DNA from: Nostoc sp. DedSLP01
Lineage (GTDB): Bacteria > Cyanobacteriota > Cyanobacteriia > Cyanobacteriales > Nostocaceae
Assembly (NCBI GenBank): GCA_034530875.2
Contig: JAVRCJ020000009.1
Span: 128,001-192,000 of the forward strand
Length of the DNA: 64,000 bases
Reading direction: 5' to 3'
Made by a program: the position numbers and the translations under genes. Position 1 is the stretch's first letter. Every line of letters starts with the position of its first letter. Below the pieces are notes generated by a model. The model had not been told where the DNA came from and searched no databases. It saw only the letters and a program-made list of their open reading frames with translations. Positions 16,054 through 27,172 of the stretch are shown here, in pieces.

Positions 16054-18735
16054 GTGGCTGTTGCAGTTGAAAAATTAATAACATCGGATATTTTAAAACC
16101 AGCGCGTTACTTAGGTAACGAACGCTTAGCAGTGCACAAGGCTTGGGATACGGCAACTATACGCTGGGTTTTAACTTACCCAGAAGTTTATGAAGTTGGT
16201 GCATCTAACTTAGGGCATATCATTCTATATAACATTTTGAATGCCCAACCTCGCCAATTGTGCGATCGCGCCTACTTACCAGGGCAAGATCTCTCTAGCA
16301 AACTACGGGAAACTAATACACCGTTGTTTGCAGTAGAATCCAAGCGATCGCTAAGAGAATTCGACATTTTAGGTTTTAGCCTCAGTTACGAACTGGGTGC
16401 AACTAATATCCTAGAAATGTTAGATTTGGCAGGGATTCCCTTAACCTGGCAAGAAAGGCAACAAACCAGGGAAGAATTTAGCAATACCCAGCCTTCATTT
16501 CCGCTGATTTTTGCTGGCGGGCAGACAGCGACATCAAATCCGGAACCTTACGCCGACTTCTTCGACTTTTTCGCCCTTGGAGATGGAGAAGAATTACTGC
16601 CAGAAATTGGTTTGGTGTTGGAAGAAGGCAAACAACAAGGTTTGAGTCGCCAAGAATTGTTACTAGACTTGGCACAGATACCAGGTGTATATGTGCCGCA
16701 GTTTTATCAAATGGCAGAAGATGGCTCAGTTCATCCTCTGCGTCCGGATGTGCCAAAACGAATTTTGCGAAGAGTTGCAGCTCCGATTCCCGCCTATTCC
16801 ATTGGCTTAGTTCCCTATGTAGAAACAGTGCATGACCGCTTGACCATTGAAATTCGGCGCGGTTGCACTCGTGGCTGTCGCTTCTGTCAACCAGGAATGC
16901 TGACTCGACCAGCGCGAGATGTCGAACCGGATAAAGTGGTAGAGGCAATCGAACAAGGTATGCGGGCAACCGGGTACAATGAGTTTTCTTTACTGTCCCT
17001 GAGTTGTTCTGATTATTTATCCCTACCAGCAGTGGGGATGGAAATTAAAAATCGTTTAAAAAATGAAAACATCTCTTTGACTCTACCCAGCCAACGGGTA
17101 GACAGATTTGATGAAAATATTGCCAACATCCTGGGAGGTATCCGGCAAAGTGGGCTGACCTTTGCCCCAGAAGCTGGAACTCAGCGGCTACGAGACATCG
17201 TAAATAAGGGTTTGACAAATGAAGAATTGTTACGGGGAGTGAAAACTGCCTGGGAGCAAGGGTGGGATAAAATTAAGCTGTATTTTATGATTGGCTTGCC
17301 CGGTGAGACAGATGCTGACGTCTTAGGCATAGCCGAAACAGTAAATTGGCTTCAGCGCGAGTGTCGGGGCAAAGGCAGAAAACCCCTCAACTTTACTTTA
17401 ACCATTTCTAACTTTACTCCCAAGCCCCATACACCATTTCAGTGGCACTCAGTTTCTACCACTGAATTTAAACGCAAACAAAACCTGCTACGACAAGAAT
17501 TCCGGCGCATCAAGGGTGTAAAGGTAAATTTTACCGATGTCCGCATTTCGGCAATGGAAGATTTTATTGGACGAGGCGATCGCACTTTGGGGAAAGTACT
17601 GCGCCGCGCCTGGGAATTGGGTGCAGGTATGGATTCCTGGTTCGACAATTTAGATCGAGCTTTCAGTGCTTGGGGAGAGGCGATCGCTCAAGCTGGTCTA
17701 GATTGGAAATACCGCCAAATCGAAAATGGCGAATGGAATCTATTTCACGCACAGGAGCAGAGTGGAGAATTCCTAACTCAGCACTCCCCATCTCCCTATC
17801 TCCCTATCTCTCCACTCCCCACTCCCCACTCTCTCGACGCCCCCCTACCTTGGGATCGTATTGATACCGGAATTGACAAAAATTGGCTCAAAGAAGACTT
17901 GGAACGCGCCTTAGAAGCCGCAATTGTACCTGATTGCTCTTTTGAAGGTTGTTCTCACTGTGGCGTTTGTGGCACTGATTTTGGTCACAATATCGTCATT
18001 GAACCACCGACTGTGCCAAAATTTGCAGGTGAGTTTGTCCCTAACACTACCAAAACACAACGCATACGAGTTTGGTTTGGCAAACAGGGTAACATGTCTT
18101 TGGTTAGCCATCTGGATTTAATCCGTCTGTTTGACCGAGTTGTGCGGCGAGCAGGCTTGCCAATTGCTTTTACTGGTGGTTTTCATCCCATGCCGCGAAT
18201 TTCTCTAGCTACTGCTTTAGCTTTAGGAGCTACAAGCAGCGGAGAAATTGCTGATTTTGAGTTAACAATGCCAATGGCAATTGATACTTTTAAAGAGCAA
18301 TTAATTCGGGAAATGCCCACAGATATACCCATATATCATGTGGCAGAAATCGATTTAAAAGCTAAAGCAGCCAGCCAACTCTTAACAGCCGCAGAGCATT
18401 TGATGACTTTAGCAGCAGTTGAGGAAGTATTGCCTGGACAATGGCAGAACTGGATTGATACTATTAAAGCCAAAGATGAACTCTGGTACGAGCAAACAAC
18501 TAAATCAGGCAAAAGCCAGTTAATAAATCTGCGCGATCGCTTGTTTGAGATGGAATTGATAGAGACCCGCAATACTACAGCAGAATCTATATCTGTTATT
18601 CGTTATGTAGGTAGCTATCGCCAAGATGGTTGTCTGTTACGTCCTGAACAAATCGTGTTTATGTTAGAAGCAGTAGCTAATGTAGAATTTCAACTTCTAC
18701 ACATCCACCGCAATCGCCTCATTTTAGGGGTATAA
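16054..18735 (+). CDS. B12-binding radical SAM protein fused to a C-terminal radical-SAM-linked domain (TIGR03960/TIGR03936 type)
   Basis: KPARYLGNE, RGCTRGCRFC, CSHCGVC and SHLDL...GGFHP motifs; conserved position upstream of rne. Confidence 0.9.
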   Translation: MAVAVEKLITSDILKPARYLGNERLAVHKAWDTATIRWVLTYPEVYEVGASNLGHIILYNILNAQPRQLCDRAYLPGQDLSSKLRETNTPLFAVESKRSLREFDILGFSLSYELGATNILEMLDLAGIPLTWQERQQTREEFSNTQPSFPLIFAGGQTATSNPEPYADFFDFFALGDGEELLPEIGLVLEEGKQQGLSRQELLLDLAQIPGVYVPQFYQMAEDGSVHPLRPDVPKRILRRVAAPIPAYSIGLVPYVETVHDRLTIEIRRGCTRGCRFCQPGMLTRPARDVEPDKVVEAIEQGMRATGYNEFSLLSLSCSDYLSLPAVGMEIKNRLKNENISLTLPSQRVDRFDENIANILGGIRQSGLTFAPEAGTQRLRDIVNKGLTNEELLRGVKTAWEQGWDKIKLYFMIGLPGETDADVLGIAETVNWLQRECRGKGRKPLNFTLTISNFTPKPHTPFQWHSVSTTEFKRKQNLLRQEFRRIKGVKVNFTDVRISAMEDFIGRGDRTLGKVLRRAWELGAGMDSWFDNLDRAFSAWGEAIAQAGLDWKYRQIENGEWNLFHAQEQSGEFLTQHSPSPYLPISPLPTPHSLDAPLPWDRIDTGIDKNWLKEDLERALEAAIVPDCSFEGCSHCGVCGTDFGHNIVIEPPTVPKFAGEFVPNTTKTQRIRVWFGKQGNMSLVSHLDLIRLFDRVVRRAGLPIAFTGGFHPMPRISLATALALGATSSGEIADFELTMPMAIDTFKEQLIREMPTDIPIYHVAEIDLKAKAASQLLTAAEHLMTLAAVEEVLPGQWQNWIDTIKAKDELWYEQTTKSGKSQLINLRDRLFEMELIETRNTTAESISVIRYVGSYRQDGCLLRPEQIVFMLEAVANVEFQLLHIHRNRLILGV

Positions 18736-18768
18736 TCCACTGTATGAGGGCTTGCTAGTAGTTAGGAA

Positions 18769-19761
18769 TTGATTTTTAGCAAGGTTGCGTTAGAATGAGA
18801 TGAAGAGAAATTTTCTGGCGCTGCATTGAATTAGCTGGTTCACTACCCTCGCGTTCAGAGGGCGAAAGCAAAGACATTAGAGTGCAACTTCTAGGATTTC
18901 ATCCCAGACAAACTGAGGCAGATTAAAGAACACACACTCTCTCTATAGCTACCTTGTGAATCAGTAACGAACAGCAGGCTCGGTTAGGTTCTCTAACTCC
19001 ATGCTTTTTAAACAACTGCTGAATGTCTAATCCACAGTAGTGCCTAAGAGCGAGTGCGTTACTCTTGTAGAGTTTTACTCCTTTGGAGAGCTCGCTATTC
19101 AAGCAACTGCCGTCGGCTATGCCGACTTCTAGACGCCCACAGACGTGCAAAGCCAAAGTGCAGCTTGCCGTAAGCTAGGGCAAGTTCACGCACAAGAGCA
19201 ACCGATGTTGCTGAATATCACCCTAAGGATAAATCTGGGGAATGGAAAATAGAAGTAGTTTCTTTTTGTTAACGACTTCAGTAAATTACTCTCAAATCAA
19301 GCATCCTGAATTCAAAGCTGACTCAGGATTTAGTACTTTTAACTCATAACTCTCTTTCCAAGAGAGTTTCCACCACAAATCAACCACAGACGGTTGATTT
19401 CATTACTTAAACAATATGAATATGCAGCCGTTCTGGAATAATCAAGCGTAATTAGTTAACGATTCTTATTACCAGTAGCGTTTTTTAAGGCTTACAGGAG
19501 AAAAGGTATAATATCAAACGGAAATAACACTGATAATGAACATTGACGCAAATAGAAGTTTGAGCTAGGGCTAAAGAGCAGGTTCTGCAAAAGGACTACC
19601 AATGATGGTATCATCCGATTTACAAAGCGTCTCCTTCAACACAAGGGTACACAACTTCCGAAAAGACTAATACCAGGAAGTTTTCATTTATAAGTAATTA
19701 GCCGGACTTGATATAACAAACCTCTAGACCTGTTAGTGCTGCCAATTTTTGAGGAAATTGA
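18769..19761 (+). promoter_or_regulatory. Long non-coding rne upstream region, putative promoter and structured 5' UTR
   Basis: TTGATT-N16-TAGAAT at 18769-18796, several hairpins, and no convincing ORF in about 1 kb. Confidence 0.5.
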
Positions 19762-21855
19762 ATGCCAAAACAAATTATTATCGCGGAGCAGCACCAAATT
19801 GCTGCGGTTTTTTCTGAAGATCAGATACAGGAACTAGTTGTTGCTACGGGTCATCATCAAATAGGTGATATCTACTTGGGAGTAGTAGAAAACGTATTAC
19901 CTGGAATTGATGCGGCTTTTGTTAATATTGGCGACCCAGAGCGCAACGGTTTTATTCACGTCACTGACTTAGGGCCGTTAAAGTTAAAGCGTACCGCAGC
20001 GGCAATTACAGAACTATTAGCACCACAACAGAAAGTGTTGGTGCAAGTGATGAAAGAGCCAACAGGTACAAAAGGGCCGAGGCTTACGGGTAATATCACC
20101 TTACCCGGACGCTATGTCGTACTCATGCCTTATGGCAGAGGTGTAAATTTATCCCGACGCATTAAAAGTGAAAGCGAGCGCAACCGCTTGCGGGCACTAG
20201 CGATTTTAATTAAACCGGCGGGAATGGGTTTGCTTGTGCGTACAGAAGCAGAAGGCAAACCAGAAGAAGCAATCATGGAAGATTTAGAGGTGCTGCAAAA
20301 GCAATGGGAAGCCATCCAGCAGGAAGCCCATTCCACTCGCGCTCCAGCACTGCTGAATCGGGATGATGATTTTATTCAGCGCGTATTGCGAGATATGTAC
20401 GGTGCGGATGTGAATCGGATTGTCGTAGATTCCAGTACTGGTTTGAAGCGAGTTAAACAGTACTTGCAGAACTGGAGTGGCGGTCAAACACCCCAAGGAT
20501 TGTTGATTGACCATCATCGCGATCGCTCGCCAATTTTAGAGTACTTCCGAATCAATGCTGCCATTCGAGAAGCCCTGAAACCAAGAGTAGACCTACCTTC
20601 TGGAGGTTACATCATCATTCAGCCGACTGAGGCACTGACAGTAATTGATGTTAACTCAGGTTCCTTCACGCGATCGGCAACAGCTAGAGAAACAGTTTTG
20701 TGGACAAACTGCGAAGCTGCAACAGAAATTGCTCGCCAGTTACGTCTGCGAAATATTGCTGGAGTGATTGTCGTTGATTTTATTGATATGGAATCGCGAC
20801 GCGACCAACTGCAAGTCCTGGAACACTTTAATAAAGCACTTAAAGCAGACAAAGCTCGTCCCCAAATTGCTCAATTAACTGAATTGGGATTAGTAGAACT
20901 GACTCGCAAACGTCAGGGTCAAAATATTTACGAATTGTTCGGTGAAACTTGTCCCACCTGTGGCGGTTTAGGACATACTGTACGTCTGCCTGGAGAAATC
21001 GAAAACCGATTCCCCATACCAACAGAAGTACCAGAACGCGAGCGTTTTGTATCTCCTCTACCTCACAGAGAACCACGTCAGCCAGCAGCCCGCATTCCGG
21101 AACCACGAGAAAGCTATGATGGATTTGGAGAAGCATTTGATGGTGACTCAGAATTAAGTAATCTCAATCTCATCAATCATCCCAGCTATCAAGAACTGAA
21201 CGACAACAAGCGTCGCACCCGCACTCGCCGCAGTCGGATTGGTGGTATCAATGGATTAAATGGGAAAGATGAAGCCCGGAGTGGTAATAATCCCCTAGCT
21301 TTTGTCAACGATTCAGATTTAGACCTCGATCTCGAACCAGAATTAGGAGGAACACCAGAGATTCCTTCGCCTACTCTTGGTAAACCAGGTTGGAGCGAAA
21401 GAATAGAGCGCACTAAAATTACTAAAGCAGAGCCTGTTAAACCAGTGGTAGAACCACCGGAAATTAGGACTGTAGAAATGACGCTCCAAGAACAGGACAT
21501 GTTTGCCTTAATGGGAATCTCTCCTTTGGTGAAATTAGAGCAAGAAGTTAAAAATCCCAAGTCTGTGATTATTAACGTAATTCAGCCTGGTCAATTGCCA
21601 ACGATACCAACGGAATCAAGCCCAGAATCAACTATTGTCCCCAAAGCAACATCGGAACTTCCTGTAAGTAAAACGCCGATACCAAAAGTTATTGAGCCAG
21701 AACAAAAACCCTTAATTCCAGAGACAACCGAACCATCAGGGTTTACTGACACCCCTGAGATACCTTTGACGAATGTAGATGAAAGTGATAGCAGTAGCAC
21801 TGCCACTGCCAACCGTCGTCGGCGTCGTCGTTCCTCGGCGAGCGAGGACAATTAA
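19762..21855 (+). CDS. rne: Ribonuclease E
   Basis: S1 domain (GIDAAFVNIG), TVIDVNSG, CPTCGG Zn-link, and C-terminal RRRRRRSSA PNPase-binding motif. Confidence 0.97.
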   Translation: MPKQIIIAEQHQIAAVFSEDQIQELVVATGHHQIGDIYLGVVENVLPGIDAAFVNIGDPERNGFIHVTDLGPLKLKRTAAAITELLAPQQKVLVQVMKEPTGTKGPRLTGNITLPGRYVVLMPYGRGVNLSRRIKSESERNRLRALAILIKPAGMGLLVRTEAEGKPEEAIMEDLEVLQKQWEAIQQEAHSTRAPALLNRDDDFIQRVLRDMYGADVNRIVVDSSTGLKRVKQYLQNWSGGQTPQGLLIDHHRDRSPILEYFRINAAIREALKPRVDLPSGGYIIIQPTEALTVIDVNSGSFTRSATARETVLWTNCEAATEIARQLRLRNIAGVIVVDFIDMESRRDQLQVLEHFNKALKADKARPQIAQLTELGLVELTRKRQGQNIYELFGETCPTCGGLGHTVRLPGEIENRFPIPTEVPERERFVSPLPHREPRQPAARIPEPRESYDGFGEAFDGDSELSNLNLINHPSYQELNDNKRRTRTRRSRIGGINGLNGKDEARSGNNPLAFVNDSDLDLDLEPELGGTPEIPSPTLGKPGWSERIERTKITKAEPVKPVVEPPEIRTVEMTLQEQDMFALMGISPLVKLEQEVKNPKSVIINVIQPGQLPTIPTESSPESTIVPKATSELPVSKTPIPKVIEPEQKPLIPETTEPSGFTDTPEIPLTNVDESDSSSTATANRRRRRRSSASEDN

Positions 21856-21863
21856 TTTGCCTT

Positions 21864-22541
21864 ATGGTAGAAACACAGCAAACTGCTGCTATTTACTCGC
21901 CAGTACCTGGGGAAAAATCTAGTTGGCTGGAGTTTTCTACTTTGTCAGGAGTTCCAGAGCTAGTTGCAGGTGTGGATGAAGTAGGGCGAGGGGCTTTATT
22001 TGGCCCCGTGGTAGCGGCTACGGTGATACTTCCAGATGATGCTTTGCCAAAATTAATGGCAGCTAAAATTAAAGACAGTAAAAAGCTGTCTAGCCAAAGA
22101 AGGACTCAGCTAGCGCAGCAAATTTGTGAGCTAGCTGTAGATTGGAAAATTGGATTTGCTTCTACTGCGGAAATTGACAAGATAAATATTTTGCAAGCCA
22201 CGCTGTTAGCAATGAAGCGGGCTGTACTGAAGTTAAAGGTACAGCCTGCACTGTGCTTAGTTGATGGGAATCAGTTAATTAAAGACTTGCCGCTGCCTCA
22301 GCAAACAATAGTCAAAGGAGACGAGCGATCGCTTGCTATTGCCTCTGCCAGTATTGTCGCCAAAGTTTGGCGTGACGAGCTAATAATGCGTCTAGCATTA
22401 AAATACCCAATGTACAACTTAGATTGTAATAAAGGTTATGGTAGCCAGCAGCATTTGCTGGCTCTGCAACAATACGGGCCATCGCCATTACATCGCAAGT
22501 CTTTTCGTCCTTGCCAAATCAAAGTACTAGATATTCAATGA
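21864..22541 (+). CDS. rnhB: Ribonuclease HII
   Basis: GVDEVGRG, DSKKL, IASASIVAKV and HRKSF motifs. Confidence 0.96.
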   Translation: MVETQQTAAIYSPVPGEKSSWLEFSTLSGVPELVAGVDEVGRGALFGPVVAATVILPDDALPKLMAAKIKDSKKLSSQRRTQLAQQICELAVDWKIGFASTAEIDKINILQATLLAMKRAVLKLKVQPALCLVDGNQLIKDLPLPQQTIVKGDERSLAIASASIVAKVWRDELIMRLALKYPMYNLDCNKGYGSQQHLLALQQYGPSPLHRKSFRPCQIKVLDIQ

Positions 22542-22549
22542 GTTAATCG

Positions 22550-23137
22550 TTACTCAAGATTCAGCATTGGTAATTCAGTACTATCACCGTCAAGTCCTCT
22601 ATCCTTCATTTGTGATATCACCCAATAGCGATAATCTGCTAAAAGTTGATGTAATAAGCGTTGCTTAATTGTTAACAGCACGCTTTTTAGCAAACCATTG
22701 CCGGTAGCCTCTAAAATTGGCTTCGGAGTTAGGGAAAATGGCGGTGGCAAATCTATCTGTACTTCTAAATCAGCTCTTCCTTGGAGCCGAGTACCAGTGC
22801 TTAGTTCCTTGGGAGATAAATATCCTTTTAAATTGAGAGCAAAACGCTGATTAATATACTCAAAACCCAAGATTTCACAACTTAGCGATCGCAAATAAAT
22901 TATGTCATTTGATTCTGCCCAAACTCTCATGTCCACAGTTGGTTGAATACTCAGTGACATAAAAGTTAGCGGACGCATTTTTAAACGAAATATCTCTTCA
23001 GAAAGTTGCTGAATCCGGCTATTATCAGCTAAAGCCTTAACTAGACGTTGAGGCTGACGCAAATAGTGCTGAATCGGAATAGGCTCCTTTGGAACAGCGA
23101 TTTCAACTGATTGGGAGGCAGTAAACCGGGTAGCCAT
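22550..23137 (-). CDS. DUF1997 domain protein
   Basis: IQHYLRQPQRLV...LEATGNGLL family pattern; conserved rnhB/pheA neighbourhood. Confidence 0.85.
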   Translation of the reverse strand: MATRFTASQSVEIAVPKEPIPIQHYLRQPQRLVKALADNSRIQQLSEEIFRLKMRPLTFMSLSIQPTVDMRVWAESNDIIYLRSLSCEILGFEYINQRFALNLKGYLSPKELSTGTRLQGRADLEVQIDLPPPFSLTPKPILEATGNGLLKSVLLTIKQRLLHQLLADYRYWVISQMKDRGLDGDSTELPMLNLE

Positions 23138-23571
23138 GAGCGAATAAAAATATCTGTTTCTTAATTTTAATATTTTTTAACAAATTATATCTGGTTACAG
23201 TGAAGTAAAAACTTTATTTACCATCAAAATTATAGTTGTTAATGAGGTATACGCGAGCGAAAAAACTTGGTAGGCTCATTACTATCTTCTTTTCAAGAAA
23301 GCATAAATTAAAAATTAAGCATTGACAAAAAAGTATCAATATGCAAATAAAAATCGTATAAGCTAATAAAATTTATCTTCGACCTTTAGAAAACATCAAG
23401 GAAAAAGCTGCATACAAATCTGACTGGTAGACGAATTGTATAGATAGCTTATTTACTTAAATTAATATTCAATTTATTTGTATGTAAATAAAAATATTTA
23501 GGATAAAATTCTTTTCTACAATCCTTTTCAATCCTCAATTTTAGTGAAAGGATCAACTAAAGGCTAAAGGT

Positions 23572-24444
23572 ATGACTATATCGATCGCACATTTAGGGCC
23601 TCCTGGTACTTACTCAGAACAAGCAGCTGTTTTTTATGCCAATTGGTTGGGTAAAAGTACGGGAGTTGAAGCTATGTTATCGCCTTATCCCAGCATCTCC
23701 CAATCACTGCACGCTGTTGCTAAAGGCCAAACCCAGCTGGCTGTTGTGCCAGTGGAAAACTCCATTGAAGGGAGTGTGACCATGACGCTCGATACAGTAT
23801 GGCAGTTGGAAGGCTTGCAAATTCAGCTGGCTTTGGTATTACCTATTGTGCATAATTTAATTTCTTGTGCGACTAGCATAGAAAGCATTCAAACTGTTTA
23901 CTCGCATCCCCAAGCTTTGGCTCAATGTCAGGGATGGTTACAACGATTCCTTCCACAAGTACAAATTATTGCCAACAATTCTACAACCGAAGCTCTAGAG
24001 CGATTGAAACAAGAGCCGACAATAGCAACTATCGCCTCTAGTAGAGCAGCACAACTTTACAATCTGCCGATACTTGCCAGCGGGATTAATGACTATCCCG
24101 AAAACTGTACTCGTTTTTGGGTAGTAAGTCAGGATGAAATAAATACTAGATATGAAAAGCCAAAACCAATTGCTAGTCACACATCTCTAGCTTTTAGCGT
24201 ACCTGCCAACGTCCCAGGAGCATTAGTCAAACCTTTGCAAATCTTTGCTCAGCTAGGAATCAACCTCAGCCGGATTGAGTCTCGTCCGACAAAGCGATCG
24301 CTAGGCGAATATTTATTTTTTATAGATGTAGAAGCAGATGCCAACGAAACACAAATGCAATCTGCTTTATCAGAATTAAGCACCTACACAGAGATTCTGA
24401 GAATTTTGGGCAGCTACAATATTTTACCAATAAGTGCTGTTTAG
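23572..24444 (+). CDS. pheA: Prephenate dehydratase
   Basis: LGPPGTYSE, PVENSIEG, SHPQALAQC, NCTRF and IESRP motifs. Confidence 0.96.
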   Translation: MTISIAHLGPPGTYSEQAAVFYANWLGKSTGVEAMLSPYPSISQSLHAVAKGQTQLAVVPVENSIEGSVTMTLDTVWQLEGLQIQLALVLPIVHNLISCATSIESIQTVYSHPQALAQCQGWLQRFLPQVQIIANNSTTEALERLKQEPTIATIASSRAAQLYNLPILASGINDYPENCTRFWVVSQDEINTRYEKPKPIASHTSLAFSVPANVPGALVKPLQIFAQLGINLSRIESRPTKRSLGEYLFFIDVEADANETQMQSALSELSTYTEILRILGSYNILPISAV

Positions 24445-24521
24445 TCATTTGTCAGTTGTCATTGTTCTTTGCGATCGACAAATAAACAATAACCAATGAC
24501 TAATGACTAAATAACTACTCA

Positions 24522-25169
24522 TCATTTATCATTAAATGTATCTTTAAGAACAGCCCGAGCTGCCAAATGATTGCGAGTAGAAGTTAAAATTTCTGCTTCA
24601 CGCTCTAGACGAGTTGCAGTATCTTGCATTTCTAGCAATAACTGTTGTTCTGCGGCAACACCATAGAGGTTACTAGCTACCCAATAAGATAGCTCTATTG
24701 GGAGGTCGGGCAAATCTTCTGGCAACTCAATATTTTGTTCGGTGAGTTTCGCTGACAGACGTACAACATCCCGCAGTAGTTGTTCTACTTCTGAAGCCAA
24801 AGGTCGCAAATCTTTAGTTGGTGGGTGGTCTTCAATCCACTCCACTAAGCCAACACGGTATGGCTTTTCACGAACGTATTCTAAGACACGAAATCTTTGC
24901 TGCCCCAAAGTCAACATTTTCATCCGATCGTCTGGCAGCCGCTGATGATGAATGATTTCAGCACAGCAGCCAGTGTTTGCAATAGTGCCTTTAACAGGAT
25001 CGAACATCAAAACACCGAACCTGCGATCGCTCTCCAAAATCGTGTTCATCATAATTCGGTAGCGAAATTCAAAGATGTGCAGGGGCAATGGTCTAGTAGG
25101 AAATAGAACTACTTCGGGTAACGGGAACAGAGGTAGTTCGCGGACTGCAATTTTAGAAGATGATGCCAT
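24522..25169 (-). CDS. LON peptidase substrate-binding domain protein
   Basis: LPLFPLPEVVLFP...LHIFEFRYR motif. Confidence 0.92.
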   Translation of the reverse strand: MASSSKIAVRELPLFPLPEVVLFPTRPLPLHIFEFRYRIMMNTILESDRRFGVLMFDPVKGTIANTGCCAEIIHHQRLPDDRMKMLTLGQQRFRVLEYVREKPYRVGLVEWIEDHPPTKDLRPLASEVEQLLRDVVRLSAKLTEQNIELPEDLPDLPIELSYWVASNLYGVAAEQQLLLEMQDTATRLEREAEILTSTRNHLAARAVLKDTFNDK

Positions 25170-25262
25170 TGTTACCTTGGTATAAACTTAATCTTTAAAA
25201 TTTATTTTTCTCTGCTTTTCCCGTAATTTGTCTACATTCTACCATTTGTTTTAGGGCTAAAT

Positions 25263-25292
25263 AAAAAGCCCTGAGATATATTTCTTCAGGGC
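25263..25292 (-). terminator. Intrinsic terminator of the str operon
   Basis: Minus strand GCCCTGA...TCAGGGC followed by TTTTT, downstream of rpsJ. Confidence 0.8.
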
Positions 25293-25337
25293 AAAGTAAA
25301 TATTCATACTAATGTCATTATTTTTTGTTTTGTCTTA

Positions 25338-25374
25338 CAAAGTTTAAGCACAGGAACCTCGCTTAGACTTTGCG
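25338..25374. repeat. Small hairpin element (CAAAGT...ACTTTGCG family) next to an STRR array
   Basis: CAAAGTTTAAGC / GCTTAGACTTTG stem; related copies at 60599 and 60686. Confidence 0.6.
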
Positions 25375-25434
25375 TTTTGTCAATTAACCTTCGTCTATTG
25401 ACTAATGACTAATGACTAATAACTAATGACTAAA

Positions 25435-25752
25435 TTAAAGTTTGACTTCGATATCTACACCGGATGGTAAATCTAATTTCATCAAAGCATCAATAGTTTT
25501 AGAAGATGGCTGGTAGATGTCAATAATCCGGCGATGAGTACGGGTTTCAAAGTGTTCCCGTGAATCTTTATCTACGTGAGGCGATCGCAGCACACAGTAG
25601 ATTCGGCGTTTTGTTGGTAAAGGAATGGGGCCGATCGCTGTAGCATTGGTGCGGTTTGCGGTGTCTACAATCTTCTCGCAAGATGTATCTAATAGGCGTC
25701 GGTCAAAAGCTTGTAAGCGAATTCTAATTTTCTGCTGCTGTAGAGTTGCCAT
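25435..25752 (-). CDS. rpsJ: 30S ribosomal protein S10
   Basis: [17 protein letters not shown] and [13 protein letters not shown] motifs. Confidence 0.99.
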   Translation of the reverse strand: MATLQQQKIRIRLQAFDRRLLDTSCEKIVDTANRTNATAIGPIPLPTKRRIYCVLRSPHVDKDSREHFETRTHRRIIDIYQPSSKTIDALMKLDLPSGVDIEVKL

Positions 25753-25864
25753 CTTTAATTTTCCAGGTTCTGCGTAATTAGGGGAGTAGTAAGTGGGGAG
25801 TGGTGAGTGGGGAGTGTCTTTTTCCCGACTCCCTACTCCCCACTCCCTTTAATTAAAGGAAGAG

Positions 25865-25902
25865 AAAGGAGCAGAGAGAAATCGTATCATCTCTGCTCCT
25901 TT
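25865..25902. terminator. Hairpin after tuf (terminator or processing/stability stem)
   Basis: AAAGGAGCAGAGA ... TCTCTGCTCCTTT, a 13-bp perfect stem. Confidence 0.65.
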
Positions 25903-25920
25903 GTTATGAGCAAAAAGGTG

Positions 25921-27150
25921 CTATTTCAGAATTTTGGAAACGACACCAGCACCGATGGTGCGGCCGCCTTCACGAATAGCGAAGCGCATTCCTTGTTCGA
26001 TAGCGATCGGGTTGATCAATTCAACTGTCATCTTGATGCGATCGCCTGGCATTACCATTTCTGCCTCGTCGCCATTATCAGCGGTGAAAGTTTTGATGGT
26101 ACCAGTTACATCGGTTGTCCGCACGTAGAACTGGGGACGATAACCAGCGAAGAATGGAGTCTTACGACCACCTTCTTTCTCTGTTAAAACGTATACTTCA
26201 CCTTCAAATTGAGTATGAGGTGTAATCGAACCGGGTTTAGCAATTACCATACCCCGTTCGATATCAGCCTTTTGGATACCTCTGAGTAGTACCCCAGCGT
26301 TATCCCCAGCCATACCTTGGTCGAGACTCTTCTTGAACATCTCAATACCAGTTACGGTGGTAGCGCGAGTATCTCTGATACCCACTAGTTCAACGTTATC
26401 GCCGACTTTAACTACACCGCGCTCAATCCGACCTGTAGCAACAGTACCACGACCAGTGATGGAGAACACGTCTTCCACAGCCATCAAGAAAGGCTTGTCA
26501 ACATCCCGTTCGGGGGTGGGAATGTAAGAATCTACAGCATCCATTAGTTCGTAGATTTTGTCTACCCACTTATTTTCTCCCCGTTGGGTTTTGGGATTCT
26601 TAGTCATTGCTTCTAGAGCTTGCAGACCAGAACCTTTGATGATGGGGATGTCATCGCCAGGGAAATCGTAGCTAGAAAGCAATTCCCGCAGTTCTAGTTC
26701 TACTAGTTCCAAAAGTTCTTCGTCATCCATCAAGTCTTCTTTGTTTAAGAAGACAACCAGACTAGGAACGCCTACCTGTTTTGCCAGCAGGATGTGTTCG
26801 CGGGTTTGGGGCATAGGACCATCGGTAGCAGCAACCACAAGGATGCCTCCATCCATTTGCGCTGCGCCAGTGATCATGTTTTTCACATAGTCAGCGTGTC
26901 CGGGACAGTCCACGTGAGCATAGTGCCGCTTTTCGGTTTCATACTCTACGTGAGCAGTATTGATAGTAATACCCCGTGCCTTTTCTTCTGGCGCGTTATC
27001 AATTTGGTCGTAGCCCTTAGCTACAGCTTGACCGAGAGCCGCCAAGGTCATAGTGATGGCTGCTGTCAAGGTAGTTTTACCGTGGTCAACGTGGCCAACT
27101 GTACCGATATTAATGTGGGGTTTAGTCCTTTCAAACTTTGCGCGTGCCAT
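25921..27150 (-). CDS. tuf: Elongation factor Tu
   Basis: [18 protein letters not shown] and NKED motifs. Confidence 0.99.
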   Translation of the reverse strand: MARAKFERTKPHINIGTVGHVDHGKTTLTAAITMTLAALGQAVAKGYDQIDNAPEEKARGITINTAHVEYETEKRHYAHVDCPGHADYVKNMITGAAQMDGGILVVAATDGPMPQTREHILLAKQVGVPSLVVFLNKEDLMDDEELLELVELELRELLSSYDFPGDDIPIIKGSGLQALEAMTKNPKTQRGENKWVDKIYELMDAVDSYIPTPERDVDKPFLMAVEDVFSITGRGTVATGRIERGVVKVGDNVELVGIRDTRATTVTGIEMFKKSLDQGMAGDNAGVLLRGIQKADIERGMVIAKPGSITPHTQFEGEVYVLTEKEGGRKTPFFAGYRPQFYVRTTDVTGTIKTFTADNGDEAEMVMPGDRIKMTVELINPIAIEQGMRFAIREGGRTIGAGVVSKILK

Positions 27151-27172
27151 GAATCCTCGTTTCCTTTTTTAA

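Noticed and set aside
18923..19156. 77-aa minus-strand ORF in the rne upstream region
   Set aside because: TTG start, no RBS and no recognisable motif; more likely part of the rne leader.
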